From a virus, in IMG/VR virus record IMGVR_UViG_3300036444_000030, positions 5,965-69,964 of that record: a stretch of 64,000 bases of DNA. One strand, 5' to 3'. This document shows positions 20,698 through 30,248 of this stretch, piece by piece (positions within the stretch are counted from its first letter, which is position 1; each line of letters opens with the position of its first letter). The position numbers and the translations under genes were made by a program. The notes under the pieces are model-generated. The model was not told the DNA's origin, ran no database searches, and saw only the letters and a list, made by a program, of their open reading frames with translations.

Positions 20698-21767
20698 TGG
20701 CCGACAAGGAACTTGGAGCATTATCGCCGATCGAAGCGCTGCTTGCGGCGGCGCTGTTTCACACTGTGCAGCAAGGGAATAGTCGAAAGGTCACGGCGCA
20801 GCAGATTGCTGACTTTGTGAACGGGAACTATCCGGCGTTCATTCAGACGCTTCTGTCGGCGCAGAGTGCGGAGGACGTTTACGAGGCTATCGGCGCGGCG
20901 CCAGAAGCCGAAAACGCAGACAGACTCGGCGGACACTTGCCTGCATTCTTCGCCTCGGCACAAGACGTGGCAACGGCGTTCGAACAGCTCACGAAGGCTG
21001 ATGTCGATCTCGGAAACGTCGATAACACGTCGGATGAGGATAAGCCTGTCAGCACTACGCAACAGGCTGCGCTTGATTTGAAAGTTGAAGGCCCCGCTGG
21101 CACTGTCACTGACAGTGTATTCGTCCAGTTCGATGGGGTGGATGGACGTAAAGCAAAAGCTGCCGTCATCCCAACGAATGTCTTTATCGGTCGGATGTCC
21201 GCTGGCAATGGCCCACCTGAGTATCTTACCCCGTCTCAGGCGCGACAGGGTATAGGCGGTCTCGAACCCATCGGGGAGCGTGTGAGCTTGATCGGTATAG
21301 GGCAGGCCATATGGACAGGTTTGGCCCCATTTGTTGCAATTTATCTAGAGGTCGAGGGTAGGGGTAATACCGCCGTATCGTCGGGAATCCTGCTAGCTCA
21401 GGCGAGTTCCGATAACGGTTCGAGTTGGCTCTCAGGTGCAAATGATTACCCGTTTTTTGGACAATCGCAGGAAGATAGCGCGATAACCGGTTATGCCACT
21501 ACATCCAACCCCTTTATGGCCTTGAGCCGAGACAGTTTGGCATTGGCGAGCTTGTTTACGCTTTCATTCAAGATCGGAAACTTCAATAAAGCGTCTTCGT
21601 CCATGTTTAAAAGCGAAACTGCTTATGCCCGCCTATCAGGATCAAATCGTCAGGACTTCAATTCCGGTTACTGTGGCGTGGCGGCTTCTAAAAATGCTTT
21701 CAGGTTTGCTTGCACTGGCAACGCTTTCGTTACCGGATCGGCTCAGTTGTTTGGAATAAGGGGATAG
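20697..21767 (+). CDS. Tail fibre / receptor-binding protein
   Basis: LTKADVDLGNVDNTSDEDKPVST fibre motif; compositionally distinct C-terminus. Confidence 0.75.
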   Translation: MADKELGALSPIEALLAAALFHTVQQGNSRKVTAQQIADFVNGNYPAFIQTLLSAQSAEDVYEAIGAAPEAENADRLGGHLPAFFASAQDVATAFEQLTKADVDLGNVDNTSDEDKPVSTTQQAALDLKVEGPAGTVTDSVFVQFDGVDGRKAKAAVIPTNVFIGRMSAGNGPPEYLTPSQARQGIGGLEPIGERVSLIGIGQAIWTGLAPFVAIYLEVEGRGNTAVSSGILLAQASSDNGSSWLSGANDYPFFGQSQEDSAITGYATTSNPFMALSRDSLALASLFTLSFKIGNFNKASSSMFKSETAYARLSGSNRQDFNSGYCGVAASKNAFRFACTGNAFVTGSAQLFGIRG

Positions 21768-21769
21768 CA

Positions 21770-22102
21770 ATGAAGAAAGTTGTCGATGGAAAAACGGTTG
21801 CGATGACATCGGATGAAATTGCCGAACTGCGCTCTTATACACCGATAGAAATCGCACCTGTCACGGTGGTATACAGCGTCGACTTCTGGACCCGCCTAGA
21901 TGGCGGCGCGGATGGCAACAGCGGCGAAGTCGCGCAGGTTCTCGCCGCCATGGAGCAGCAACCAATCCGCATTCGCAAAATCTTCGAAACCGCGAATTCG
22001 TACCGCAGTGACCACGAGATGTGGCCGCTCCTGGTGCAGATCGCTACCACGCTTTTCGGCGCAGACCGCGCAGCCGAGATCCTCGCGCCTTCCATCCCCT
22101 GA
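21770..22102 (+). CDS. Putative tail fibre chaperone
   Basis: Directly follows the fibre gene. Confidence 0.6.
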   Translation: MKKVVDGKTVAMTSDEIAELRSYTPIEIAPVTVVYSVDFWTRLDGGADGNSGEVAQVLAAMEQQPIRIRKIFETANSYRSDHEMWPLLVQIATTLFGADRAAEILAPSIP

Positions 22103-22120
22103 GACTCCTGAGAGATAAAC

Positions 22121-22318
22121 ATGGCTTCCTACATCGACTCATTGAAACGACAGAACACCTTCCTGCAGTCGGAAATCGAGCGTCATGCGAACGCGTGCGA
22201 TGCTCTTGCGTCCGAACTGGAACTGGCGAGCCGCCAGCGCGACGCGCTTCAAAAGCAGCTCGAAGACATGCTGAACGATCAGACGGAGCTTCCTTTTGAT
22301 GCTCAAAATTCCTCATAA
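22121..22318 (+). CDS. Small coiled-coil hypothetical protein
   Basis: RBS GAGAG; heptad pattern. Confidence 0.6.
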   Translation: MASYIDSLKRQNTFLQSEIERHANACDALASELELASRQRDALQKQLEDMLNDQTELPFDAQNSS

Positions 22319-22385
22319 AAGTTGTAATTTAGGGTGATGTTGTGTATTTCTCATCGGGTCCACTTCCGTTCCCGAGGATTAATCC

Positions 22386-23381
22386 ATGACAGCAGTGTCC
22401 GTCTCTCAGGTCCGCGCCGCAGCAAAGGGGCGCGTTGACGAAAGCAACCTGAATTCTGTCATGATGGCGCTGTCGAAATACGGCCCAAGTGCCGGTTTGG
22501 ACCTTCCACACCGAACGGTTCCCTACCTTTCCCAGTTGATGCATGAAAGCGGATCGTTCCGCTATGACCGCGAGATTTGGGGCCCGACGCCGGCACAGGA
22601 GCGCTACGACACCCGAACGGACCTCGGCAACACGCCACAGAAGGACGGCGACGGCTACAAGAACCGTGGTCGCGGCCCGATCCAGGTGACCGGAGCCCGC
22701 AACATCCGCGCGTTCTACCAGTGGTGCAAGCGGAAGGGCTTCAACCCGCCCGACTTCGTGAAGAACCCCGACCTGATCAATACCGATCCGTGGGAAGGGC
22801 TTTCGGCGATCTGGTACTGGGACGAAGGTAACCCCGACGGCAAGAGCCTCAATCGCTACGCAGATCGTAACGATCCCGAAATGATCACCCGCCGCATCAA
22901 CGGCGGCCTGAACGGCTTCGCGGATCGCCTCGACTATTACACGCGCCTCGGCCTTGTCGTGCTCGGGTTCAAAGTCACCGATATCATCGGCCTGCAGAAC
23001 GCCGGGCAGAAGACGGGCCACTACAAGGGCAAGCTTGACGGCCTCGACGGTCCGCAGACGCGTGCTGCCATCCACCTGATGCTCGTCGACCTGTCGCCGA
23101 AGTCGGAGGTTGTGCAGGTCAAAGCGGCTCCCGTCGTCGAGGAAAAGCCGGTTCCGGTCACACCGCCGAGCCTTGATGCGCCGTGGTGGAAGTCGAAGGA
23201 AGTCATCGTGCCTGTTGTAACAGGCAGCGGTCTCTCTTCTGTTTTGGCAGCGGTCGGCTCGATGCCGTGGCAGAACCTCGCGCTGATCCTCCTCGCGTTC
23301 GGGCTTGCTGGCGCTTTCCTGCTCTGGCGCAAGAAGTCGGATGCCAAAGTTGTATCTGAACAGGTGCGGGGGATGGCGTGA
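22386..23381 (+). CDS. Endolysin: GH19-like lysozyme domain, peptidoglycan-binding segment and C-terminal membrane helices
   Basis: QLMHESGSF, RGRGPIQVTG..N, ITRRINGGLNG..DR, LDGLDGPQT motifs; hydrophobic C-terminus. Confidence 0.9.
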   Translation: MTAVSVSQVRAAAKGRVDESNLNSVMMALSKYGPSAGLDLPHRTVPYLSQLMHESGSFRYDREIWGPTPAQERYDTRTDLGNTPQKDGDGYKNRGRGPIQVTGARNIRAFYQWCKRKGFNPPDFVKNPDLINTDPWEGLSAIWYWDEGNPDGKSLNRYADRNDPEMITRRINGGLNGFADRLDYYTRLGLVVLGFKVTDIIGLQNAGQKTGHYKGKLDGLDGPQTRAAIHLMLVDLSPKSEVVQVKAAPVVEEKPVPVTPPSLDAPWWKSKEVIVPVVTGSGLSSVLAAVGSMPWQNLALILLAFGLAGAFLLWRKKSDAKVVSEQVRGMA

Positions 23382-23674
23382 TGGCGGAAGTCAGAACTGC
23401 TCCGGTTACGGCCACCTACTGCGAAGATATCGAGGATGTGAAGGCCACCGCAGGTGCTTTCGAGTTCTTCGTCGATCGCGATCAGAAGATCGCAGGACTG
23501 GTTTACTCCTGCCCGTGCGGGTGCGGCCGAACCGGAGCGCTGAATTTCCGACCGCATCCGTCGCCTTCGTGGCAGTGGAATGGCGATCGTGAAAAGCCGA
23601 CCCTGACGCCGAGCGTCCACCATGTCGGCCACTGGCATGGCTTTCTCACTGACGGCGTTTGGAGATCGTGCTGA
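23378..23674 (+). CDS. DUF6527-like Cys/His protein
   Basis: CPCGCG...PTLTPSV...WHGFLTDGVW motif. Confidence 0.75.
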   Translation: MMAEVRTAPVTATYCEDIEDVKATAGAFEFFVDRDQKIAGLVYSCPCGCGRTGALNFRPHPSPSWQWNGDREKPTLTPSVHHVGHWHGFLTDGVWRSC

Positions 23675-23925
23675 TGTTCGGACTCACCGACTATTTCAAA
23701 CTGGGCATCGGTGCCGTCGTAGGCGCAGCGTTGATGGTTGTCCCGGCTTGCTCTTACGGTTCATTCCGCGAACGGGAAAATGCCAAGCTCGAGGCTGCAA
23801 AAGAGGCTCTCAACCGCATCACCAAACTGGAGAAAAACGATGCTTCGTTCCGCAAGCTTTCGTCTCGCGAGCGTTGTCTTGCTTTCATGCGTGACAGCAA
23901 GTTGCCAGACAGCAACTGCGATTAA
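23674..23925 (+). CDS. Inner-membrane spanin (Rz-like)
   Basis: N-terminal membrane helix, coiled coil, Cys near the C-terminus. Confidence 0.7.
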   Translation: MFGLTDYFKLGIGAVVGAALMVVPACSYGSFRERENAKLEAAKEALNRITKLEKNDASFRKLSSRERCLAFMRDSKLPDSNCD

Positions 23926-24058
23926 TGGAAGCGGGTATCAGCACATCGGCTTTTCCGATCCAGAGGCAGCACGTCTCGCGTCGCAGGATCCGACGGCCGG
24001 CCCCGCTATCTACTCCAACAACCGCCAGTGCAGCCAAGACGCTGCCTGCCGCAAATAA
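23840..24058 (+). CDS. Outer-membrane lipoprotein spanin (Rz1-like)
   Basis: Overlaps the Rz-like gene in another frame; lipobox-like VTASC. Confidence 0.7.
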   Translation: MLRSASFRLASVVLLSCVTASCQTATAINGSGYQHIGFSDPEAARLASQDPTAGPAIYSNNRQCSQDAACRK

Positions 24059-24074
24059 GGGCAGGGGAGTGAAC

Positions 24075-24527
24075 ATGGAACCTGGTTATCATGGCACCGG
24101 GATGTGGGTGAGAATTCAACATCGCTTCGGGCCACGGATGATGGAGTGGTTCATGGCAGGCCACTTGATTGCCTTCGGGTGGGTCCTGTTGCTTCCGTCG
24201 CAAACCTTCAACCAGCCGGCTTTCATGGGCTTCAATGAGATTGTCCCGTCAGAGAATTTCCTTGGCTGGATCATGTTCGTTATCGGCTGCCTCCGTATCA
24301 TCGGTTTGGTGATTAACGGAGCCAGAAAGACCGTCACACCGCAGATCCGGCAGATTTCAGCCGGAGCCGGTTGTCTAGTTTGGGCTGGCATCGCATACGC
24401 TTTTGCATCTTCCGGGGTCATCAGTACGTGGATCGCCATCTATCCGCTCTTCGCTGTAGGAGAGCTGGTCAACATCCATCGTGCAGCGCATGACCAGGGA
24501 GAGGTTCCCAATGGAAAGATTGGCTGA
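24075..24527 (+). CDS. Multi-pass membrane protein (holin-like)
   Basis: About four hydrophobic segments; in the lysis cassette. Confidence 0.6.
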   Translation: MEPGYHGTGMWVRIQHRFGPRMMEWFMAGHLIAFGWVLLLPSQTFNQPAFMGFNEIVPSENFLGWIMFVIGCLRIIGLVINGARKTVTPQIRQISAGAGCLVWAGIAYAFASSGVISTWIAIYPLFAVGELVNIHRAAHDQGEVPNGKIG

Positions 24528-24840
24528 GCTTCCTCCGCTCGCTCTCGTCGTCTTTGGCGCTACGCTGGCGATCATTTTCGCCGTGCGTCATCTAGGCATT
24601 CTTGCCGGCGCGAAAGCTACTCCCGAGAAATCTCAGGCCGCAGCGCAGGTTGCTGCGGTTATCGTCGATCCCACCGCGCTTAACAACGCGACGAAAGCGC
24701 TCGAGGCGCACACCGACGCAATCACGGACATGACTGAAGTAATGAAAGAAGCCGGCCGCCACTGGGGCCACATGGCAACTGAGATGGATCGCATTCGCGA
24801 AGAGTTGCGAATTCACCGGGAACTGGCACGCCGCACGTAG
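24511..24840 (+). CDS. Membrane-anchored coiled-coil lysis protein (holin/antiholin-like)
   Basis: One N-terminal membrane helix; RBS GGAGAGG. Confidence 0.55.
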   Translation: MERLAELPPLALVVFGATLAIIFAVRHLGILAGAKATPEKSQAAAQVAAVIVDPTALNNATKALEAHTDAITDMTEVMKEAGRHWGHMATEMDRIREELRIHRELARRT

Positions 24841-24928
24841 GTCACGCTCAGATATCCGATTTTCCTAAATGCGCTTCACACATTTCGGTTCGATGCTGTA
24901 AACAGGCATTTCGAATTCCAGAAAACCT

Positions 24929-25618
24929 GTGCAGGACGTGACATTGGCCGAAAAGACCGGATTGTTCATCAGCTTCGAAGGCGGCGAAGGCGCCGGCAAG
25001 TCGACGCAGATTCGCATGCTTGCAGAGGCGCTTCGCGGCCGTGGTTTCGAGGTGGTCGTGACGCGTGAGCCGGGTGGCTCGCCGGGTGCGGAGGCTGTCC
25101 GGCATGTGATCCTGTCGGGTGCGGCCGAATCCTTCGGCGTGCGCATGGAAGCGATCCTGTTTGCGGCTGCCCGCAACGACCATGTCGAAGAGGTCATTCG
25201 CCCGGCGCTCGCGCGCGGCGAGATCGTGCTCTGCGACCGGTTTCTCGATTCTTCTCGCGTTTATCAGGGCACGACCGGCAATCTGGAGCCGGAATTCATC
25301 GAAACCCTGCAACGCATCGCGATTGACGGCGTCGTGCCCGAACTGACACTGATTTTCGATATCGCCGCCCAAAAGGGGCTCGCCCGCGCCAGAAAGCGTG
25401 CGGATGAGGGTGCTGCGCCTGATCGGTTCGAGAAAGAGGAAATCGAAACCCACGAGAAGCGGCGGGAAGCCTATCTGGATATTGCGCTCGCCGAACCGCG
25501 TCGCTGCCGAATTGTCAATGCCGACCAGCCGGAAGGAAAGGTGGCGGAGGATGTCCTGTCCTTCGTCGAGCCTTTGCTTGAACAGCTGGGAACAGCAGCG
25601 GGCGCGGCGCATGAGTGA
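24929..25618 (+). CDS. tmk: Thymidylate (dTMP) kinase, host type (start may be GTG 24938)
   Basis: [16 protein letters not shown]-loop, [24 protein letters not shown]. Confidence 0.97.
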   Translation: MQDVTLAEKTGLFISFEGGEGAGKSTQIRMLAEALRGRGFEVVVTREPGGSPGAEAVRHVILSGAAESFGVRMEAILFAAARNDHVEEVIRPALARGEIVLCDRFLDSSRVYQGTTGNLEPEFIETLQRIAIDGVVPELTLIFDIAAQKGLARARKRADEGAAPDRFEKEEIETHEKRREAYLDIALAEPRRCRIVNADQPEGKVAEDVLSFVEPLLEQLGTAAGAAHE

Positions 25619-26636
25619 GGTTCAGGGCGTTCTCGACGGCGCGATTGCACCGCAGCAGAACACGAAGCTTTTTGGCCATGACGAGGCGGAAGCGTTTCTC
25701 ACGCAATCCTATCGCTCCGGCAAGGGCCATCACGCCATTCTGATCGAGGGGCCGGAGGGGATCGGCAAGGCGACGCTTGCCTTCCGTTTTGCCAATCATG
25801 TGCTCAGCCATCCCGATCCGTTGCTGGCGCCGGATTTTCTTGCCGATCCCGATCCGCAATCGCTGGTCAGCCGGCAGATCACCGCAGGCGCCTCGCATAA
25901 TCTCCTGCATCTCACCCGTCCGGTGGACGAAAAGACCGGCCGCGTGAAATCAGCCATCACCGTGGATGAGGTGCGGCGGGCAGGGCACTTCTTCTCGCAG
26001 ACCTCGGGCACCGGCAACTGGCGCATCGTCATCATCGATCCCGCCGACGATCTCAACCGCAATGCCGCGAATGCGATCCTCAAAATACTGGAGGAACCGC
26101 CAAAGCGGGCGATGTTCCTCGTCCTGTCGCACGCGCCGGGAAAATTGCTGCCGACCATCCGCTCGCGCTGCATGCCGCTCAGGCTCCTGCCGCTTTCCGA
26201 CGCGGCCATGGTGCAATCGCTCGATCATCTCGGCATCAGCCCATCCGGTGAAAAACGAGATGCCCTGCTTGCCGCCTCCAAGGGCAGCGTCGCGCAGGCG
26301 CTCAAGCTGCTGAATTACGGCGGCTCGGACATCGTCGAGGCCTTTGCCGAGGTCATGGGAGCCGAAGGGCCGGGCGCGCGCAAGCAGATGCACAAGCTTG
26401 CCGAGATTCTCGCGCAGAAGGACGGCGACATCGTCCTCGGCTTCTTCATGGAGCATGTGACGGAAGAGCTGATGGAGCGCGCAAGAGCGGCGGCGATGGC
26501 GGGCGATATCGCGGCGGCGGAAAAGCATGCGCGGCTTTCCTCGGCGCTTTCGGAACGCATCAGCGTGGCACAGGCCTATAATCTCGACAAGAAGCAGATG
26601 GTGCTTTCCATTCTGGAAGATATTCGCGGCATGTGA
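25611..26636 (+). CDS. holB: DNA polymerase III subunit delta-prime, host type
   Basis: [40 protein letters not shown]; the canonical tmk-holB pair. Confidence 0.97.
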   Translation: MSEVQGVLDGAIAPQQNTKLFGHDEAEAFLTQSYRSGKGHHAILIEGPEGIGKATLAFRFANHVLSHPDPLLAPDFLADPDPQSLVSRQITAGASHNLLHLTRPVDEKTGRVKSAITVDEVRRAGHFFSQTSGTGNWRIVIIDPADDLNRNAANAILKILEEPPKRAMFLVLSHAPGKLLPTIRSRCMPLRLLPLSDAAMVQSLDHLGISPSGEKRDALLAASKGSVAQALKLLNYGGSDIVEAFAEVMGAEGPGARKQMHKLAEILAQKDGDIVLGFFMEHVTEELMERARAAAMAGDIAAAEKHARLSSALSERISVAQAYNLDKKQMVLSILEDIRGM

Positions 26637-26711
26637 GGCCGGGCGCAACGCCTTCTCCGCCGCCGCTCCGGTGTAACGAAGAGTCAATGTTTCTGGCGCA
26701 GGCTCTCGCCA

Positions 26712-27770
26712 ATGACGAAAACGCCACGCTCTCGATCCAAACCTCTCCTCCGCAACGACGTGAAGCCAGTCGCGTCGCGTCCGATCCGCAAGCGTAACAA
26801 GTCGCAGCCGGCATTGCCGCTCGATCCGATGCCAGGGCGTGTCGACCCCGCTCTTGCGCTGCTGAAACAGAAGCCGCCTCGCGGTGACAAGTGGGGATGG
26901 GAGATCAAGTGGGACGGGTATCGTCTGGCGGTTCACAATGAACCCGGTGGCGTCAGGATATTTACGCGAGGCGGCTACGACTGGGCGGTCAGGTTCCCCG
27001 CGATTGCCGAAGCGGCTAAGGATTTGGGCCCGGCATCATTCATAATCGACGGTGAAGGCGTCGTCCTTGACGAACAGGGACGCTCGGACTTCAACGCGTT
27101 GCAGAACAACCTCGGTGCTTCGGGTGCTCGGAGTGGGGGCAAGAACGCAGACCATGCGATCCTTTACGCGTTTGATATTCTCTATCTTGACGGCAAAGAC
27201 CTTCGTGACGAGCCTTACAGCGTGCGGCGGCATCTGCTCGAAGAGATGTTGCAAGGCTACGAGGGAGCGATCCGGATTTCCGAAGAATTGCTCGATGTTG
27301 ATCCCTCCGACCTTTTACGCCATGCGTGCGGCCATGGGTTGGAAGGGATTGTCGGCAAAGATCGCACGGCCGCCTACCGCAGCGGCCGAACCGGCGACTG
27401 GGTGAAACTGAAATGCGTTCAGTCGGAAGCCTTCTTTATAGTTGGCTACGAACCGGACTCTTTAGGCGGTTTCTCATCCTTGCTGCTGGCTGGTTACGAT
27501 GGAGATGACCTGCGCTATGTCGGTAGTGTTGGCACCGGATTCAAAGCCCGAAGTGCCGCGGAGTTGCAAAAACTGATGGGGAAACTTCCGTGGCGAAAGA
27601 AAACGCCTCCGGTATCGTACAGCGGCCGACGGAAAGTCGTTTGGTTGCAACCCACTTTAATTGCCGAAATCGAATTCCGCCAAATAACGCCGGACAAAAA
27701 GCTTCGGCATGCTGCCTACAAGGGCCTGCGCGAGCGTCAGGATAACGCTGACGTGTATCGGCTAGACTAG
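26712..27770 (+). CDS. ATP-dependent DNA ligase (LigD ligase-domain type)
   Basis: EIKWDGYR, DGEGVV, AFDILYLDG, EGIVGK, YRSGR..DWVKLK, KLRHAAYKGLR. Confidence 0.95.
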   Translation: MTKTPRSRSKPLLRNDVKPVASRPIRKRNKSQPALPLDPMPGRVDPALALLKQKPPRGDKWGWEIKWDGYRLAVHNEPGGVRIFTRGGYDWAVRFPAIAEAAKDLGPASFIIDGEGVVLDEQGRSDFNALQNNLGASGARSGGKNADHAILYAFDILYLDGKDLRDEPYSVRRHLLEEMLQGYEGAIRISEELLDVDPSDLLRHACGHGLEGIVGKDRTAAYRSGRTGDWVKLKCVQSEAFFIVGYEPDSLGGFSSLLLAGYDGDDLRYVGSVGTGFKARSAAELQKLMGKLPWRKKTPPVSYSGRRKVVWLQPTLIAEIEFRQITPDKKLRHAAYKGLRERQDNADVYRLD

Positions 27771-28027
27771 CACAGGGCCTCGGCCATAGCCTGGGCAAAG
27801 CCGATCTCAACACCTTCCCATTTGCCGGCTTCGACCTGCGCTTGTAACACGCGAGAAAGGTGGAGCGGATTTTCCGTAGCCATCATCACAGAATGAAGCT
27901 GCGTGAAATATAAGCGACCAGCGTCGCAGTCAGCCTGATAATCGTTGGTGCGAACCGGCGTCCATGGATGCAGCCGGCCTGCGTTTGAGACGACAAAAGG
28001 AAGCTGTTCAAAACTCATTACATTCAT
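27767..28027 (-). CDS. Hypothetical protein, probably SOS-regulated
   Basis: 86 aa, RBS GAGTGGA, LexA box upstream. Confidence 0.65.
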   Translation of the reverse strand: MNVMSFEQLPFVVSNAGRLHPWTPVRTNDYQADCDAGRLYFTQLHSVMMATENPLHLSRVLQAQVEAGKWEGVEIGFAQAMAEALC

Positions 28028-28037
28028 TGTTCCACTC

Positions 28038-29378
28038 TCACATTAAGTCGCTCAGGTCGACGTTTTCACCGATCAAATCTGACAAGTAGGAATTTAATCC
28101 TTTTCTTTTAGGATGTGAACATACCGTGAACAAGTTTTCATCAAGTAGTTCATCTGAAAGCAACATTTTTTGGTTGCAATCGTTAATCTCTGGAAACCTG
28201 CGTCCTAAAAATTCGACGTATTCAGTTTCGGCTTCCATGAGAATGCAGTCAAACCCCTCGCGCCGAGCTGCCTCAGCGGTTGTTCCGGAGCCGGCAAATG
28301 GATCGAGCACGATGCCGCCCGGTGGCGTGATGTGCCGGATCAAATTCTGCATCAGGGCGATGGGTTTTACGGTGGGGTGGCTGCTGCCAGCGCGATCTGC
28401 TTTGCCCGCTTTCCCATTGTAGATGAGAGCAGCACCGCGGTCTTCGCCGATGACACCCACGGCTATCGCATGCGCGTAATCTTCGTCGCTAAGTGGAAAC
28501 TGGTGAAAGAAACGAGCAGCAGAACCTTCATCATTGAAGAACGTGCCGGGAGTCCGACCGTTGAACTTGCCGTAAATGTCCTTAGTCACACCTGATGGCT
28601 CGGTCCCTTTATCTGGCGCCGCAGCACCAGCTTTTGCCGGGAACATCGCGACAACTTCCGGTGAACCGTCGAGGATCAGGTTGGCGGGATGACGACCGTT
28701 CACACGACAACCATCTATGTTTACAGCTCCAACACCATGCATCTGCAGGTTTGCAGCGCCATTCTTTTCAGTGAATGGTTTCTGCCCAAGGAAAACCGGC
28801 TCGAGTGCAGGTTTCTGCGACTGGGTTCCGTAACCCCAACCCACCCAAGGATCACCTTCTTCGCAAGAGTCGCAAACGTGATCATCTGGTCGAGGATCGC
28901 TTGGAAGGGCGGACTCATAATGACGGCCCGGGCGGTCACATCTATGCGCGTCGATCGCTCTTTCGGCATTGCTGGCCTTCGGAAAACCCGAGCCAAAGCA
29001 CCAACCGTGCATCGGGTGCATGATGAAGCCGGCCATCTCCATGGCGCAGGCCTGCCAGTGACCGGTGCGGCTCCCGCTGAAAGCGAAGACATAGCCGCCC
29101 GGTAACAAGATGTCGTAAATCAGCTTCCAGAACTCGGGATCACGCTCGATACCTGTTCCATCCCACGCGCGGCCCATGAAGCCGCCAGACAGGCGCGCGA
29201 AGCTCCCATCGTTCTTCTCACGACGGGCAGGGGCCGAACCTTCCTTGCCGAAACGCTTCTGGATCGAAACCAGTCCATACGGTGGGTCTGTCACAACAGA
29301 ATGGACGCGCACGCCCTGTGCAATCAGGCGTCGTAACGAGGCGCGGTTGTCGCCGGGATGCAGCGTGATGTTCGTCAT
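28038..29378 (-). CDS. Orphan DNA amino-methyltransferase (N6A/N4C, beta class)
   Basis: VTDPPY precedes HPTVKP...VLDPFAGSGTT. Confidence 0.92.
   Translation of the reverse strand: MTNITLHPGDNRASLRRLIAQGVRVHSVVTDPPYGLVSIQKRFGKEGSAPARREKNDGSFARLSGGFMGRAWDGTGIERDPEFWKLIYDILLPGGYVFAFSGSRTGHWQACAMEMAGFIMHPMHGWCFGSGFPKASNAERAIDAHRCDRPGRHYESALPSDPRPDDHVCDSCEEGDPWVGWGYGTQSQKPALEPVFLGQKPFTEKNGAANLQMHGVGAVNIDGCRVNGRHPANLILDGSPEVVAMFPAKAGAAAPDKGTEPSGVTKDIYGKFNGRTPGTFFNDEGSAARFFHQFPLSDEDYAHAIAVGVIGEDRGAALIYNGKAGKADRAGSSHPTVKPIALMQNLIRHITPPGGIVLDPFAGSGTTAEAARREGFDCILMEAETEYVEFLGRRFPEINDCNQKMLLSDELLDENLFTVCSHPKRKGLNSYLSDLIGENVDLSDLM
28117..28131 (-). promoter_or_regulatory. Alphaproteobacterial LexA box overlapping a leftward promoter
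   Basis: GAAC-ATACCGT-GAAC; on the minus strand TTGTTC-17 nt-TAAAAG. Confidence 0.65.
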
Positions 29379-29388
29379 AGGAATACTT

Positions 29389-29640
29389 TCAGACCAGAAG
29401 ATCGTCGGATGTGTCGGTTGGCGCTTTGTTTCGCAGAACCTGAAGCAGGACGTGGCGCAACTTCTCCGAAGGCGCGGACTCGGGCACAAGAGCGTCGACA
29501 ACGAAGCTGCTGTGATCGCGGCCCATGCTGACCATATTGCCGCCGCCGCTCATTTTGCCGTTGAAAATGCGGATCGAGTGCCATTCGCCGTTGGACATGG
29601 CGAGATCGATCAGTTCTTCGAGAGACATATCTTCGATCAT
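29389..29640 (-). CDS. Hypothetical protein ending SDDLLV
   Basis: Coupled ORF in the leftward operon. Confidence 0.7.
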   Translation of the reverse strand: MIEDMSLEELIDLAMSNGEWHSIRIFNGKMSGGGNMVSMGRDHSSFVVDALVPESAPSEKLRHVLLQVLRNKAPTDTSDDLLV

Positions 29641-29882
29641 ACGAGCAACTCGTCATCAGAGGGATCGGCAGGTGCAACGAAAGCCGGCATGTCGTCTGTT
29701 CGATGGTTCGGCGGAAGCAGCTTGATCGCTTCGAAGATTGCCTGATCGAGGTCGGTGACATGTTGGGTGTCGGTTTGGGATGTGTCCTGAGAGATTGCCC
29801 ACAGGGTGGCAATCGCCTCATAGGCGGCGTCCAGTTGGCCGCGCAGAAAAGCAACTTGGATGTAGTTGTCGCTGGCGGCCAT
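29637..29882 (-). CDS. Hypothetical protein ending SDDELLV
   Basis: Coupled ORF in the leftward operon. Confidence 0.7.
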   Translation of the reverse strand: MAASDNYIQVAFLRGQLDAAYEAIATLWAISQDTSQTDTQHVTDLDQAIFEAIKLLPPNHRTDDMPAFVAPADPSDDELLV

Positions 29883-29885
29883 GGT

Positions 29886-30227
29886 TCACACCAGCAGGTC
29901 GTCGGAATCCGCGTTGCGAAGCATCGCGTCTGCCGTAACCAAAGTGCCGTGTGCGATCTCAGCAAGGTCAAGATCGATATCGTCGTTGATGACAACTGCT
30001 GTGACGGACGCCTGAGCGGCGGTGTCGAAGCCTTCAAGTTTGCCGGTGGCCGCGTCGAACGTCAGGCCGGTTTCAGCAGCCTTGCCGCCCGGAAACACGC
30101 GGTCAAGTTCTTCGAGGAGAGGGGTCTTTTGCAGCACGAGCGTAACAGCCTCGCCGCCGATGGTTACGATGGTGAAGGGGCTACCCTTCGTCTTGCGGAT
30201 TGCGCCGCGCAGTTCGCCGAGTTTCAT
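29886..30227 (-). CDS. Hypothetical protein ending SDDLLV
   Basis: RBS GGAG; operon packing. Confidence 0.75.
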   Translation of the reverse strand: MKLGELRGAIRKTKGSPFTIVTIGGEAVTLVLQKTPLLEELDRVFPGGKAAETGLTFDAATGKLEGFDTAAQASVTAVVINDDIDLDLAEIAHGTLVTADAMLRNADSDDLLV

Positions 30228-30248
30228 TTGTTGTCTCCGTTGTTGGGA

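Noticed and set aside
14623-21767. Diversity-generating retroelement or invertible tail-fibre switch
   Set aside because: No reverse transcriptase, template/variable repeat pair or invertase was seen
24841-26700. tmk-holB as a prophage boundary between two separate elements
   Set aside because: Both flanks share the same operator motif and DL motif, the TMP-like gene matches the left-side TMP, and together they form one coherent genome; no att or integrase is seen at the junctions
28038-29378. Restriction-modification system
   Set aside because: No cognate endonuclease is adjacent to any of the three methyltransferases
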